A DNA stretch of 64,000 bases from Octopus sinensis (GCF_006345805.1 NC_043011.1:65298464-65362463); one strand, 5' to 3'. Positions 53,587 through 64,000 are shown, counted from the first letter of the stretch. Made by a program: numbers and translations. The notes: generated from the sequence alone by a model not told the origin.

Positions 53587-53667
53587 TCTCGACAAATGTT
53601 TCGAAGACTGTATATTCTAAAATCCGGAGGAATAAAGGGTGCATTATGTCATCTTCTCATCAGGAAA
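53587..53667 (-). ncRNA. Type I hammerhead motif within a small inverted repeat (about 53545-53815)
   Basis: UUUC-CUGAUGA-GAAGAU[long loop]GUCUUC-GAAA-C-AUUU-G-UC|GAGA; decayed inverted copy at about 53689-53790. Confidence 0.6.
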
Positions 53668-53829
53668 GACAAGGTACTTATGTCAGCATCATGACGAACA
53701 AAGACTTTTAGTCATCTAAATATTTTGGACCCTTTATTCCTTCGGAATTAAGAATCTGCAGCCTTCGAATCATATGTCGAGAATAAAGGAATTTTATTAA
53801 ATCGTCGATGTACTCCATTCTTTCATTTA

Positions 53830-53910
<81 letters not shown>

Positions 53911-54113
53911 AATATTATATATTATATATATAATATATATATATACTAATTGAGATCGGGGTTTGTAAATGCAACCTCCATGGATAACATATATCCATAT
54001 ACTGCTAGTGAAGTACCCAGCAAAGTTAATACAAATGTTTATAGATTGCGATGTATCAATTCATTTACTGTCTCATATGGGCAAAGGTAAAATGATTTAC
54101 CACAAATTACTAA

Positions 54114-54510
54114 TACAAGATAAGAAAACGGAGAAATAATCTAAATCAAATATCAATTACCAGATAATACTCAATCACATATTTTATTAAACCACCACAT
54201 AAGAGACTGTAGGGTTACATATAAAAGCAGAACAAATCAGTGTACGTACTTATCTACATGGCCGAAACAGCTGTAAGATGTAATCTATACTTATATTTAT
54301 ATTCTCTCTTTATATATATTCTACTTATTATACAGCATTACTTTTTTAGGTACACTTTTTTATGTACATTCATTTATGTACACTAATTTGTTCTGCTTTT
54401 ATATTTAACCCTACAGTCTCTTATGTGGTGGTTTAATAAAGTATGTAATTGAGTATTATCTGGTAATTGATATTTGATTTAAATGTATTTCTCCATTTTA
54501 TTATCTTGTA
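54114..54510. repeat. 132-bp inverted repeat with a half-hammerhead (GAAAC-AGCT-GTA) in the spacer; probable PLE terminus remnant
   Basis: 54114-54245 is inverted relative to 54378-54510; the CUGANGA half of the core is missing. Confidence 0.6.
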
Positions 54511-55450
54511 TATATATATATTATAATATATTATATGTTGTGTGTGGTGTGTGTGTGTGTACGTATTTATGTATTCTACATTAATGTAACACTATTATAC
54601 TTATACGAAGGGTACAAAAAAGGAGCCGGAAACGTTATCTGAGGGAGGAGCCCGTGGTAGTTAAGGCCGCAGAAATCTACCTCCATTTTATTATCTTGTA
54701 TATATATATAATATATATATATATGTGTTGTGTGTGTTGTGTGTGTGTGTGTACGTATTTATGTATTCATACATTAATGTAACACTATATATACTTATAC
54801 GAAGGGTACAAAAAAGGAGCCGGAAAAGTTATCTGAGGGAGGAGCCCGTGGTAGTTAAGGCCGCAGAAAGAAATCTACATCTTGCGTCCACGGGAGAGTC
54901 GTTCTAAATTGTGGTGCTTCTTTGTTTTGCAGTCCCCGCAACAAGTTCAGCGATTCGTGAGATGGCTCAAAGAACGAAAAGCTGGCTTCCGTGAAAGTCT
55001 TTTTTCTGCTGAGGAGAACGGCGCCGCGAGAAGCGTTTCATATTTCAAAAGGACATGAGAAAAACCCCTAGTTTATAAGTGGTTTCTATACTTAAAGAAT
55101 GCTAAACCGTTGCTTGAAGACCAACCTCGTTACGGTCGAATGTCGACCTATAGAACGAATGAAAAGTTCATGAATATTCGTGAACTAATCTTGAAGTAAC
55201 GCCGCCACCAAGAAATTGACCTTCTTGTTAAACTGAATTATATATCTTGGTTATTTCTGCCAGCGAAATTTGAACGACGATTTGCGACTGAAATGAGTTG
55301 CAGGAAAATATGTGCCACGCTTACTGACGGAAAACCAAAAACAGCCAGGAATGAACGCTTGTTGTGAAATGGAAAACATTTTAAAAACATTTGGAAATTG
55401 ACAATGATTCGAAGACCATCAATGGTGAGGAAAAGGTGATGCTAAGAATT
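54491..55450 (+). mobile_element. Old mariner remnant whose left end lies in a 190-bp tandem duplication
   Basis: TA-cgaagggt terminus at 54606 and 54800; degraded LEDQPRYGR.ST and KYVPRLLTENQKQ motifs. Confidence 0.65.
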
Positions 55451-56164
55451 ATGCCGTTAATGAGAAGGTGAAGAAACATCATTGGGGGTGTTATTGTTTA
55501 GTGTATAATCTTCTACAGAGGTTCACAATATCCCAATAGTGAAAATGTATCTGGACCACTGCAATGTTTAAATGGAGAATACTCTAAAATGCATAAAAGT
55601 GTAAAAAAGTAGAATGAAATAATTTGAAATCGTCCCGTTTTTTGTGTGTGCACTCCCTTGTTTAAATATGTAATATAATATGTTACACATATATATATAT
55701 AAATATATAAATATGTGGTCTGTTCCCCATCCATTTCAACGGACGGCTTAAAACCAAATCGAAATCAAGATTATATGGTAATAAACAGCCAAATTAGTGT
55801 CTTTAATATATAAACACACAGATATCGACACCCACCCACACACACACGCACGCACACACAAACACACACAAACACACACACACACACACCCACACACAGG
55901 GACATTATACACTTTATATAGATAAATCAGGGCTAATGCTTGTGTCAAATACTGTTAAATTAGCAGTTGAGTACTAATGCTATGCTACTTAGATAAGAAC
56001 TGTGTTAAGACAAATATTCCGTACTTTTTCAAGAAAGTTATCCCATGTGTTGTCAATAGTCAAATTATCTTTAAATATATAAAACTGAGAATGTGTATCT
56101 TATCTGTCTGTCTGTGCCTTCACTAAAACCTGATAACTACACAACAATTTCATTCAAATTAACA

Positions 56165-56274
56165 CATGGCTACTTAGGGCCCGAGGTAGTGAGTGTCAAC
56201 TGGAAAAAAAAATGTTCAATTTTGCCTAGAGCCGGCCCATAGCAATCTCATAGTGGGTAAATAAAGAAAAAAGA
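56165..56274 (+). mobile_element. 3' stub of a Tx1/L1-type element
   Basis: Ends tagtgggtaAATAAAgaaaaaagaa, matching the 3' end of the unit ending at 59660 (tagtgggtAATAAAgaaata). 5' boundary approximate. Confidence 0.5.
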
Positions 56275-56283
56275 ATTGACAAC

Positions 56284-57991
56284 GGTTCGTGTTTTTTTGC
56301 TCTTAAATTCGGTTAAAAAAGAAAAAAAGCGTTGTTGTTGTTGCTCTGTGGCATTGTGGAATGGCGGTGATGCGGGTTTCGCGTTTCGCTGGTTCTGCGC
56401 GTTACACTTTTTCTGTTTTGGCGGCCGTTTTCGGTCGGTCAGACAGAAGGAAATGGACTATGAGTCTCTAACAGACTTGTCCACGACAGATGAGGAACTG
56501 GAACAGGCAGTGACAATGAAGCTGATGGGAGATAAGGCTGGAGTTTTCGAGTCTTTATCAGACATGTCTACGTCTGAGAATGAGCTAGAAATGGCAGCGA
56601 GGAAATTGGAACAGAAGCTGGGTTATACCTATGCCGGTGTAACCAAGAAGGCTGAAGAGAAAGGGGTCGACTTGGCCAAGCAGCCAAGTTACCAGAAATA
56701 TATGAAAAAAGGAAAGCGGTGAGGTGGTGGAACTAGCACCGACACCAGGAGAAAAGAATGGTATGATAAAAGGACCATATTTACAGGGTGTTCGCAAACG
56801 AAGGGAAGAGGGTAGGAGTTGTAACCATGGAGTGGATAGAGGAGGCCCTGCGAAGAACGGAGGAGGAAATTAATTTTCTGACTCGAGGAGTCCGCTGTTT
56901 GAGCGAGGAAGATGGCGGCGAAGGCGGTGAAGTCAGAAAAGGTAACACTTTTTACCTAGTATTTGAATAGAAGGATTACACGAATAAGGGTAGGGAGTGC
57001 CACCAAAACGTGGAGGCAGAGTGGATTGTGGCGGCTGTGATCAGCGGCCACGAGGAGGAAGTGGATATTCTCCATGCCTCGGTTAAGACCGAGGGCTGGA
57101 GAGGCGTAACAGTGGAGCTGAACGTGCAGGTAGAGAACGAGGTACTGGTGGACCTGGCGGAAAGCATCAGATTGGGAGAGGTGATCATGAGAGTGTGGGT
57201 GGAGGGCAGAGTTCCACGTTGTTACAAGTGTGGCCTGAGGGGTCACATAAGAGCCTTCTGCCCTCCCCCAGGGAAAGAAATGGATTCCGAACCACAGAGA
57301 GAGAAGCAGAAACCAGAGGAGAAGGAGACAGTAGAAGAGGAAGAGAATTCACAGAAATGGAAGGAAGCTGGAAATAAGAGGAAGAGAAGAATACGTGGAA
57401 AAGAAAATAACATGGAACACCAATCCACCCCAACACCACCCACACCCTCTGATTCCCACCCTATCCCTGCAGACAGTGAACCCACCCGCTCCCCCCAACA
57501 AGAAAACAAAAGAAAAAAAATAATACAGACAGACAAGAGATTGAAATCGAACCCAGGCCGTACATTTGTACTATGACTGAACAGAAAGAAGTTAAAAGTC
57601 TAATGGAAGAGTATAAATGGTATGAAGTTGGTGAGACTAGGTATGCTGTGATTGAAAAGAAGAACATAGATGAATTTATGGTGAGGTGTGAAAGGGAAAA
57701 TTGGGAGGTGAAAGATATAAGAATGAGCGAGGAATTCGTGGAAAATATGGATGAGTATTTCGGAGTAAGAATGGATATGGAATTTATTCGTATTGGGAAA
57801 GAACATTCAAGTGACGGTGAAAACCAAAGGACAGGTAAGTGATGCTAACGAATGGGGCCTTTAGCATCGCTTTCATATTATCATTTTTTCATGTAACAAT
57901 TCATCCTTCATAAATTTAATTGTAATGTTCTATGTCCCCATGTCTTGTAATGTCCCCTCTTCGTTCGCCCCTTGTGTGTAATAAAGAAATA
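56284..57991 (+). mobile_element. ORF1-only Tx1/L1-derived element (HAL1-like), unit 1, frameshifted
   Basis: 5' gtgttttttt leader; ORF1 pieces 56453-57842 with EGRVPRCYKCGLRGHIRAFC knuckle; no APE/RT; AATAAA at 57980 and short A tail. Confidence 0.85.
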
Positions 57992-59660
57992 GTGTTTTTT
58001 TGCGCTCTGTGAAATTCGGTTAAGAAAGAAAAAAGAACAAAAAGTGAATGGTTGTTGTTGTGAAATTTTGAACGTCGTTGATGCGGTTTCGCGTTTCACT
58101 GGTTCTGCGCGTTGCACTTATTCGGTTCGGAAGGCCGTTTTTCGGTCTGAGGCGACTATGAGCCGCCTCTACCAAACGGATGAGATGGAAGGGAGAAATT
58201 TCTCTGAAATTTCGTCGACATCTGAGGAGGAGTTGGCGGTGAAAAAAATGGAAAGCACCTATGCAGGTATAACGAAGAAGTCAACAGAAAAAGAGATAGA
58301 CCTGGCTAAGTTGACGGACTTCCAGGAGTTCATGAAGGAGGAGGAGAACGGTGAGGATGAGCTGTTGCCTCTAGCAGGGCGCGGAGACTGGTTCCATCGT
58401 AGAACCATTAAATATAAAGCATTTATGAATGGAGGTAGAAAAATGGAAGGGATTAACATGGAAGCAATTGAAGAGGCTTTCAAACAGACAGGAGAAGAAA
58501 TTGTGTACATGACAAAAGGATTAGAATATGGATCCATAACGGTACAATTTAAAAGTGAGAAAGCAGCCAGGAATATAGCAGCCAAGGTGGTGAGTACAGA
58601 AAAGTTTTACTTGTTCCCCTCGTATTTGAATAGAAGGACCACCAGAATTAGGGTGGTGGGAATACCTCCACACCTAGAGGGCGAATTAATAACGGCTGCG
58701 GTTATCAAATGAAATGAAGATAAAGTGGACATCCTCCACGCCATTATGAAATATGAAGGCGTGAGAGGTGCCACATTAGTAATGAACATACAGACGGAGG
58801 CGGAAGTTATAGGAAAGCTTACGGACAGTATAAAAACTGGAAACATTGTTATGAGAGTGTGGGTGGAGGGTAGGGCACCCAGGTGCTACAGGTGTGGCCT
58901 GAGGGGTCACATAAGAGCCTACTGCCCTCCCCCACCAAAGGAAAAAGAAAAGGAAATCGTCGCGGAAGCCCCAAAAGAGGAAAAAACAAAAGAGAACCAA
59001 AGGGAAAAAGAAACGACAGAAGAAGAGGAGATGCAACAAGAGTGGGAAGAAGGAAGAAAAAAGAGAAAAAGAAAGAAAAAGAAAAACGGTGCGAAGCCCC
59101 AACCCACCCCAACACCACCCGCACCCTCTGAATCCCACCCTTCCCCTGCAGACAGTGAACCCACCCGCTCCCATCCAACAAGAAAACAAAAGAAAAATAT
59201 ACACAGACAAGTGTTTGAAAACGAACCCAGGCCGAACATTTATATTATGACTGAACAGAAAGAAGTGAAAAGGGTAATGGAAGAGTATAAATGGTATGAA
59301 ATAGGTGAGACCAGATATGCAGTGCTGGAAAAGAAGAATATAGATGAGTTTGTGTTGAGGTGTGAAAGGGAGAATTGGGACGTGAAAGATACAAGAATGA
59401 GTGATGAATTCGTGGAATATATGGAGGACAGTTTCGGAGTAAGAATGGATATGGATGGTCTTCGTATTGGGAATGAACATTCAGGTGACAGTGAAAACAA
59501 AAGGACAGGTAAGTGGTGCTAGCGGATGGAGCCGTTGGCACCGCTTTCATATATCATTTTCAAAATTCATTTTACTCATATCTATGTAATTGCGATGTTC
59601 CATGTCCCCAATGTTTGTAATGTCCCTTCTATATGGCCCCTAGTGGGTAATAAAGAAATA
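57992..59660 (+). mobile_element. ORF1-only Tx1/L1-derived element (HAL1-like), unit 2
   Basis: Same leader; ORF1 58158-59522; no APE/RT; AATAAA at 59649. Confidence 0.88.
58158..59522 (+). pseudogene. Gag-like ORF1 (454 codons with one in-frame TGA at 58710-58712): probable RRM-type region, CCHC knuckle, Lys/Glu/Pro linker, distinct C-terminal domain
   Basis: ORFs 58044-58712 and 58725-59522 share a frame; CYRCGLRGHIRAYC knuckle. Confidence 0.85.
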
Positions 59661-59879
59661 GGTCGTGTTTTTTTGCGGTTATTGTAAGTTGATATATTTT
59701 TGCTGTCGTATTATTATCTCTGTTATTCTCTACTGTTTGTCTACCTGTTTTGTATATTGCTGTCTAACTGTCGAAGTCAGCCTTCGCGCGAGGACTTCGC
59801 GTTTGTGTTCCCCCCTCCGTGGGGGAAAAATATCAATTATCTTGAAGTTACCAAGGGCTTGTGAAGCCAACTGTTCAAG

Positions 59880-61180
59880 ATGGAGTCCCCCTTCTCTGAT
59901 TCTCCCGTGAAGAGTGAAGAGGAGTATCCGGCGATGTCGCCAAGGAAAAAAGAGGCGGTGTCGCCAAAGAAAAAAGAGGCGACTTCACCAAAGAAAAAGG
60001 AAAACCCAGCACCTGCACCAGCTTCAGCGAAAAAAAATCTCTGAAGTGGCCGGTAAAAAGATTAAAAAAATAAATGTGGAAGATTTGGAAATATATGCGG
60101 ACTGTGTAAAAAAAGAGGGCACGGAAGTGACAGTGGTCACAAACGTCCAAAAACACGATGAAATAGAAAAAAAAAGAATAATTTATAAGACATTTAACAA
60201 AAAATTGAAGAAAAAAAATAGAGAACTGTCTTAAACCATTAATGGACAAAATAACTTACAGTAACAGAGGAAAGAGATACGGCACAGTGGAGGTGCGTTT
60301 CACTACAGAGGAAATAGCAAAAAAACTATCTATGGAGCCGATTAAAGCGGAGAACATTGTTCTCCTCCCCTTGTATAGAGGGAAAACAACATCGAGAATT
60401 ACGATGAACAACATTCCCCCATAGGCAGATGCCGAATGTCTGGTGGTAGCAGTGATGGTAGGCCTGGAGGAAAAAATAAACATCCTCCAGGCCACAGTGA
60501 AGGAAGAGGAATTTTGGAAAGGACAGAAAATAGTAATAGCCATTCAGGCGGAAGTTCAAACACTGGAGGAAATTCCAGAAACTTTAAAAATAAGTGAGGA
60601 AGAGAGAATAACAGTTTTCGTGGAGGGCAGAAAGCCGAGGTGCGTCGGCTGCGGCAAGAAGGGTCATGTAAGGGCGGAATGCCAACCCCAACCCAAGCCG
60701 CAGGAAGCACCTCAGCCAGGTGAAAAAGAAGATAAAGTGTCACAAGAAGCAGCGCCGGGCGGCCCAGAAGGGACGACTGAAGGTGTGGAGGTGAAAAAGG
60801 CAGCAGAACCAGCGGCGGAGGAAAATAAGGGCGAGGAAAATAAAAATGAGGAGGGGTGGGCAAAAATCACCAGAAAAAAAAAGAAAAACGGAAACCACCC
60901 CTCCCAGAGTGAACTTAAAAAGAAAAGAGAGTCGATGAACTCGTATATGGCCGTTAAGGCATCAAATAACAGACTTGGAAACGTATTGGCAGCTATGGCC
61001 AAAGTGGAGAGAATAGGGAAAAAGAACGACTATGTAGTTTACAGAATAGGCCGGAAGGATTACGGGCGGATAAAATCCGAATTCTTCCATGACGTAGGCC
61101 CACTTAGAATGGATGTGACATCTCCACATATATTCGAGGGCCTACGTCAGACTCCCCACGAGGCCCTGAAAAAGAGTTAA
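59880..61180 (+). pseudogene. Tx1 ORF1 (frameshifted) with N-terminal SPxK repeats and CCHC knuckle
   Basis: MESPFSDSPVK..SPRKK..SPKKK..SPKKK; aligns with units 1/2 over YG(T/S)..V.F...LP.Y...T.RI....IPP...EGR.PRC. Confidence 0.8.
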
Positions 61181-61228
61181 ACAAAGAAGAGAAAAGAGAA
61201 AACCGAACCACTGATATAAAGGTAAGTA

Positions 61229-64000
61229 ATGGATTACATTTATGTTGGTTGTTTGAATGTGCGCGGCCTGGGAGCAGGCTGGAAGCAAGGTCGCTTCCTG
61301 CATGATATCCGGTCGCGTAATTTAGATGTTATTGTTGCTACAGAAACCCGGTTAGAGGGGCCAAGAGGTCTACTCCTGCTGTTTTACGGCTGCGAGAGTT
61401 TTTTTCTCTCCTGGCAGTCCTACTGGCGGAAGTGGGGTGTTGGTCCTAATAAAAAGAAACCGGGTTTCTGAGAAAAAGTTAATTTTTGCAGATCCAGAAG
61501 GTAGGCTGGTCGTCATGGATTTGACGTTCAGTAACGGTAAAGTTATCAGACTGGTTGCAATTTACGCACCCAACCATACAGGGCAAAGTGATTATTTTCG
61601 TGAACTAGAAAACTTTCTTGGTACTTCTCATTCATTAGTTGTGCTAGGAGACTTTAACACAATTTGTAAAGCGGATGTAGATTGTGTTCGCTCGCGTTCA
61701 GATAGAAAAGTAACAGTGGCTTCATAGAACTGCTAAGCCGCTTTGAGCTAGCAGATCCTTATAGGCTGGAATTTCCGAACGCTCCATTGTGGACATGGTC
61801 AAAGAGCGACGGATCTTCCAGGTCATATTTAGATAGAATACTAATTAGAAAAGTAGACAGAAAAATAGCTAAGTGTCCACAGTTTTACCCGATCAGCTAC
61901 AGTGATCATAAAATGGTCACCTGTAAGCTTGACATAGATAAGGTTAAAAATAGAGATCCGGTTACTGGAAACTTAATACGTCCCTTTTGGCGATTAAGGA
62001 GTACAAAGACCGGATTAGGACTATAATTCAGAGGGCACTATCTGGTACCATCATTAATAACAAATGGTGGTACGCCCTCAAACGAGCCATCAAGTTCGAG
62101 TCAATTAGATATAGCATAGGAGTAGTGGCTAGAGAGGCTAGGATGGTAACTACTCTAGTTAAGGAATTAGAGGAAGCCTTGAAAACTGGCTCTGCGGCTC
62201 AGGTGGCGTCCAAGAGACTGGTTTTAAACCACCACCTCGAGGCCAAACACATGGGCTGCATTGTCAGGGCTAGGATCCGCGCAATAGGATGTGAAGGAAT
62301 CAACGCTGTGAGATGGGCCCGAGTGGTGGAAGCCAAGCGTGGTAACGATGCCACGATTCGATCTATGACGAAACAACAAGGTGAGTTGATAAACGAGCCC
62401 GAGGAGATGTGTGAGGCCTTTCAGGAGCACTTCGCTCAGCTTTTCGGTGAGTGCGGCGGACTGGATAGGAGGAGCGCCTTTACGGACCTACTCGACGGGA
62501 TGCCGCGCTTATCGGGGCGAGATGCGGAGGGCTGTGAAGGGCCAATCACGCCTGAGGAAGTGGTTGAGGCAATGGCGGACTGCGGCGCGGGCAAGGCGCC
62601 GGGTTTGGATGGTCTACCCTATGAGTTATATAAGAGTATGCCAGACTTGTTCGGGCACCTACTGGCGGAGGTCTATGCGAACTGGCAGCAGAACGAAATA
62701 TACCCAGATATGTGCGCCGGGGAGTAGTGACACTCGTCAGAAAGGACCCGAGCAAGGGGGAGTGCATTGATAAATTCAGGCCCATCACTCTGCTAAACAC
62801 AGAGTTGAAGATTTTGGCCAAAGTGTTATCGAAAAGATTGGCGCGTGTCACGGATGGTCTGATCGGGGAGGCACAGACATGTGCCGTTCCGGGCAGAACC
62901 ATTCAGGATAATCTCCATCTAATGCGGTATACTATAGAGGGTTTTAATAGTGATTCTGGCAAGCGTGGGGCACTGGTCCATTTAGACCAATCTAAAGCAT
63001 TTGATAGGGTCGACCATCGGTACCTGGTATCTGCCCTGGCACAGTTGGTTGATCAAGTTGGAAAGACAGCTCTTCTACTTCTTGTGGAAGGGCGGGAAAC
63101 CACTTGTGAAACGCTCTACTTGCTGTCAACAACCGTTAAAGGGTGGGCTAGGGATGCCTTGGCTGATGATAAGCAGACATGCGCTGAGGTTAAAACATCT
63201 GTGGCTCTACCTGGATGGTGAACGGGTGTGGTCTCCGCTAGCAAAACTGATGTTTCCCAAGTTCACTAGTTTCGGTGGATGGGAAACCTGGCTGAGTCGT
63301 AGATCGAAACTTGGTACTTGGTACACGGAGTGTCGCAAGGCTCTCCTGCTATTTCGTCGCTCAGGTAACGCTTGCGGTGGGGGTTCCACCACATTCTTTT
63401 ATAGAGGGTTGGTAGAGGCGGAATGTGAAGATACCTTGGGGGAAACCCTAGGTCTCGACGATAATCAGCTGGCCAGTCTGTTCCGACGTACGTTCAAGCC
63501 GAAGACACTGGACAACTTCCAGAAGTCTCTGGCATGGCAATGCTACAGAGGAGCTCTACCTGTTCGGGATAAACTCGCAAGGCACGGTGGCCGAGACAGT
63601 CCGATATGTCCAAGATGCGAGCGGGACAGGGAAACCGTTCCGCACGCTATTGTTCATTGTCCGGACGTGTCTGAGGTGTGGGTTTATGCCGAACAGCTGT
63701 TGTCAAGTACATGAAGAGTACAGCTGTCGACTGAGTCGATTACAAAAATTGACCCACCGGATTTCCTCGCGAATGAAGTTAAGTTTCGTTTTCTCGTTGT
63801 AGTAGCAATTGCGAAAGAGGTGATATGGAAGACGAGAATGAAAGGTCTACAATCAGGCAAGTTCATCTCCGGCCCTGGTTTGATGAATTATTTCATCTTT
63901 CACCTGAAAAGGAAGATAGGGCTGGAGAGAATATGCCTGACTAAGAGAGTGTATGAAGAACGATGGAAAGATGTAGCACGAAAGTTGCGAGTGAATGATA
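61229..64000 (+). pseudogene. Tx1 ORF2 (APE plus RT) with frameshifts and an internal RT deletion near 63045
   Basis: CLNVRGL, ATETRL, IYAPN, LGDFN, SYLDRI, SDHK; GKAPGLDGLPYE, RPITLLN, LDQSKAFDRVDH joined directly to LERQLFYFLWKG...GGLG. Confidence 0.9.

Larger units (their letters stand above)
59661..64000 (+). mobile_element. Tx1/L1-clade non-LTR retrotransposon (ORF1 plus ORF2), degraded, runs off the window
   Basis: ORF1 with EGRKPRCVGCGKKGHVRAEC; ORF2 with APE, partial RT and C-terminal CPRC..ETVPHAIVHC. Confidence 0.9.

Noticed and set aside
52989-55660. 105-bp direct repeat (52989-53093 and 55555-55660) that could be LTRs
   Set aside because: No TG..CA ends, PBS/PPT or retroviral coding sequence between the copies.
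57185-59550. Long antisense ORFs over the ORF1 units and over the LINE/Dong coding regions
   Set aside because: Shadow frames of purine-rich coding strands; no independent motifs.
59772-59850. HDV-like ribozyme topology in the Tx1 5' UTR (P1 cgaagt/acttcg, P3 cct/agg, 7-nt loop, downstream hairpin)
   Set aside because: Only 3 nt are available for J1/2 plus P2, no convincing P2 partner, and the motif is absent from units 1 and 2; probably a simple hairpin.

Overview
AT-rich, microsatellite-laden animal genomic DNA. The SINE sequences and repeat landscape look like an octopus (coleoid cephalopod) genome; this is recognition, not a database result. No confident host gene is present, only two candidate spliced Cys-rich exons at 138-562. 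The window is almost entirely mobile DNA: (i) several Penelope-like elements (PLEs) and PLE-type terminal repeats in inverted or partial-tandem arrangement, together carrying about 13 type I hammerhead ribozyme motifs (about 10 with recognisable cores, some with a U3-A8 covariant core), including a 362-bp tandem repeat with a hammerhead in each unit (retrozyme-like); (ii) four R4/Dong-clade RLE retrotransposons, all in (TAA)n tracts and in the same orientation; (iii) CR1-type LINEs, Tc1 (DD34E, IR/DR), mariner (DD34D), a probable Chapaev3 transposon, a Helentron/DINE-like element and tRNA-derived SINEs; (iv) an old inverted segmental duplication (about 9.9-15.3 kb vs 38.3-52.6 kb) whose right arm gained TE insertions absent from the left arm; (v) at 56.2-64 kb, a head-to-tail array of a 3' stub, two 5'-intact ORF1-only (HAL1-like) elements with their own C-terminal domain, covarying 3' hairpin and polyA signal, and a two-ORF Tx1/L1-clade element. 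The ORF1-only Tx1 array and the hammerhead repeats are the best candidates for an undescribed system.
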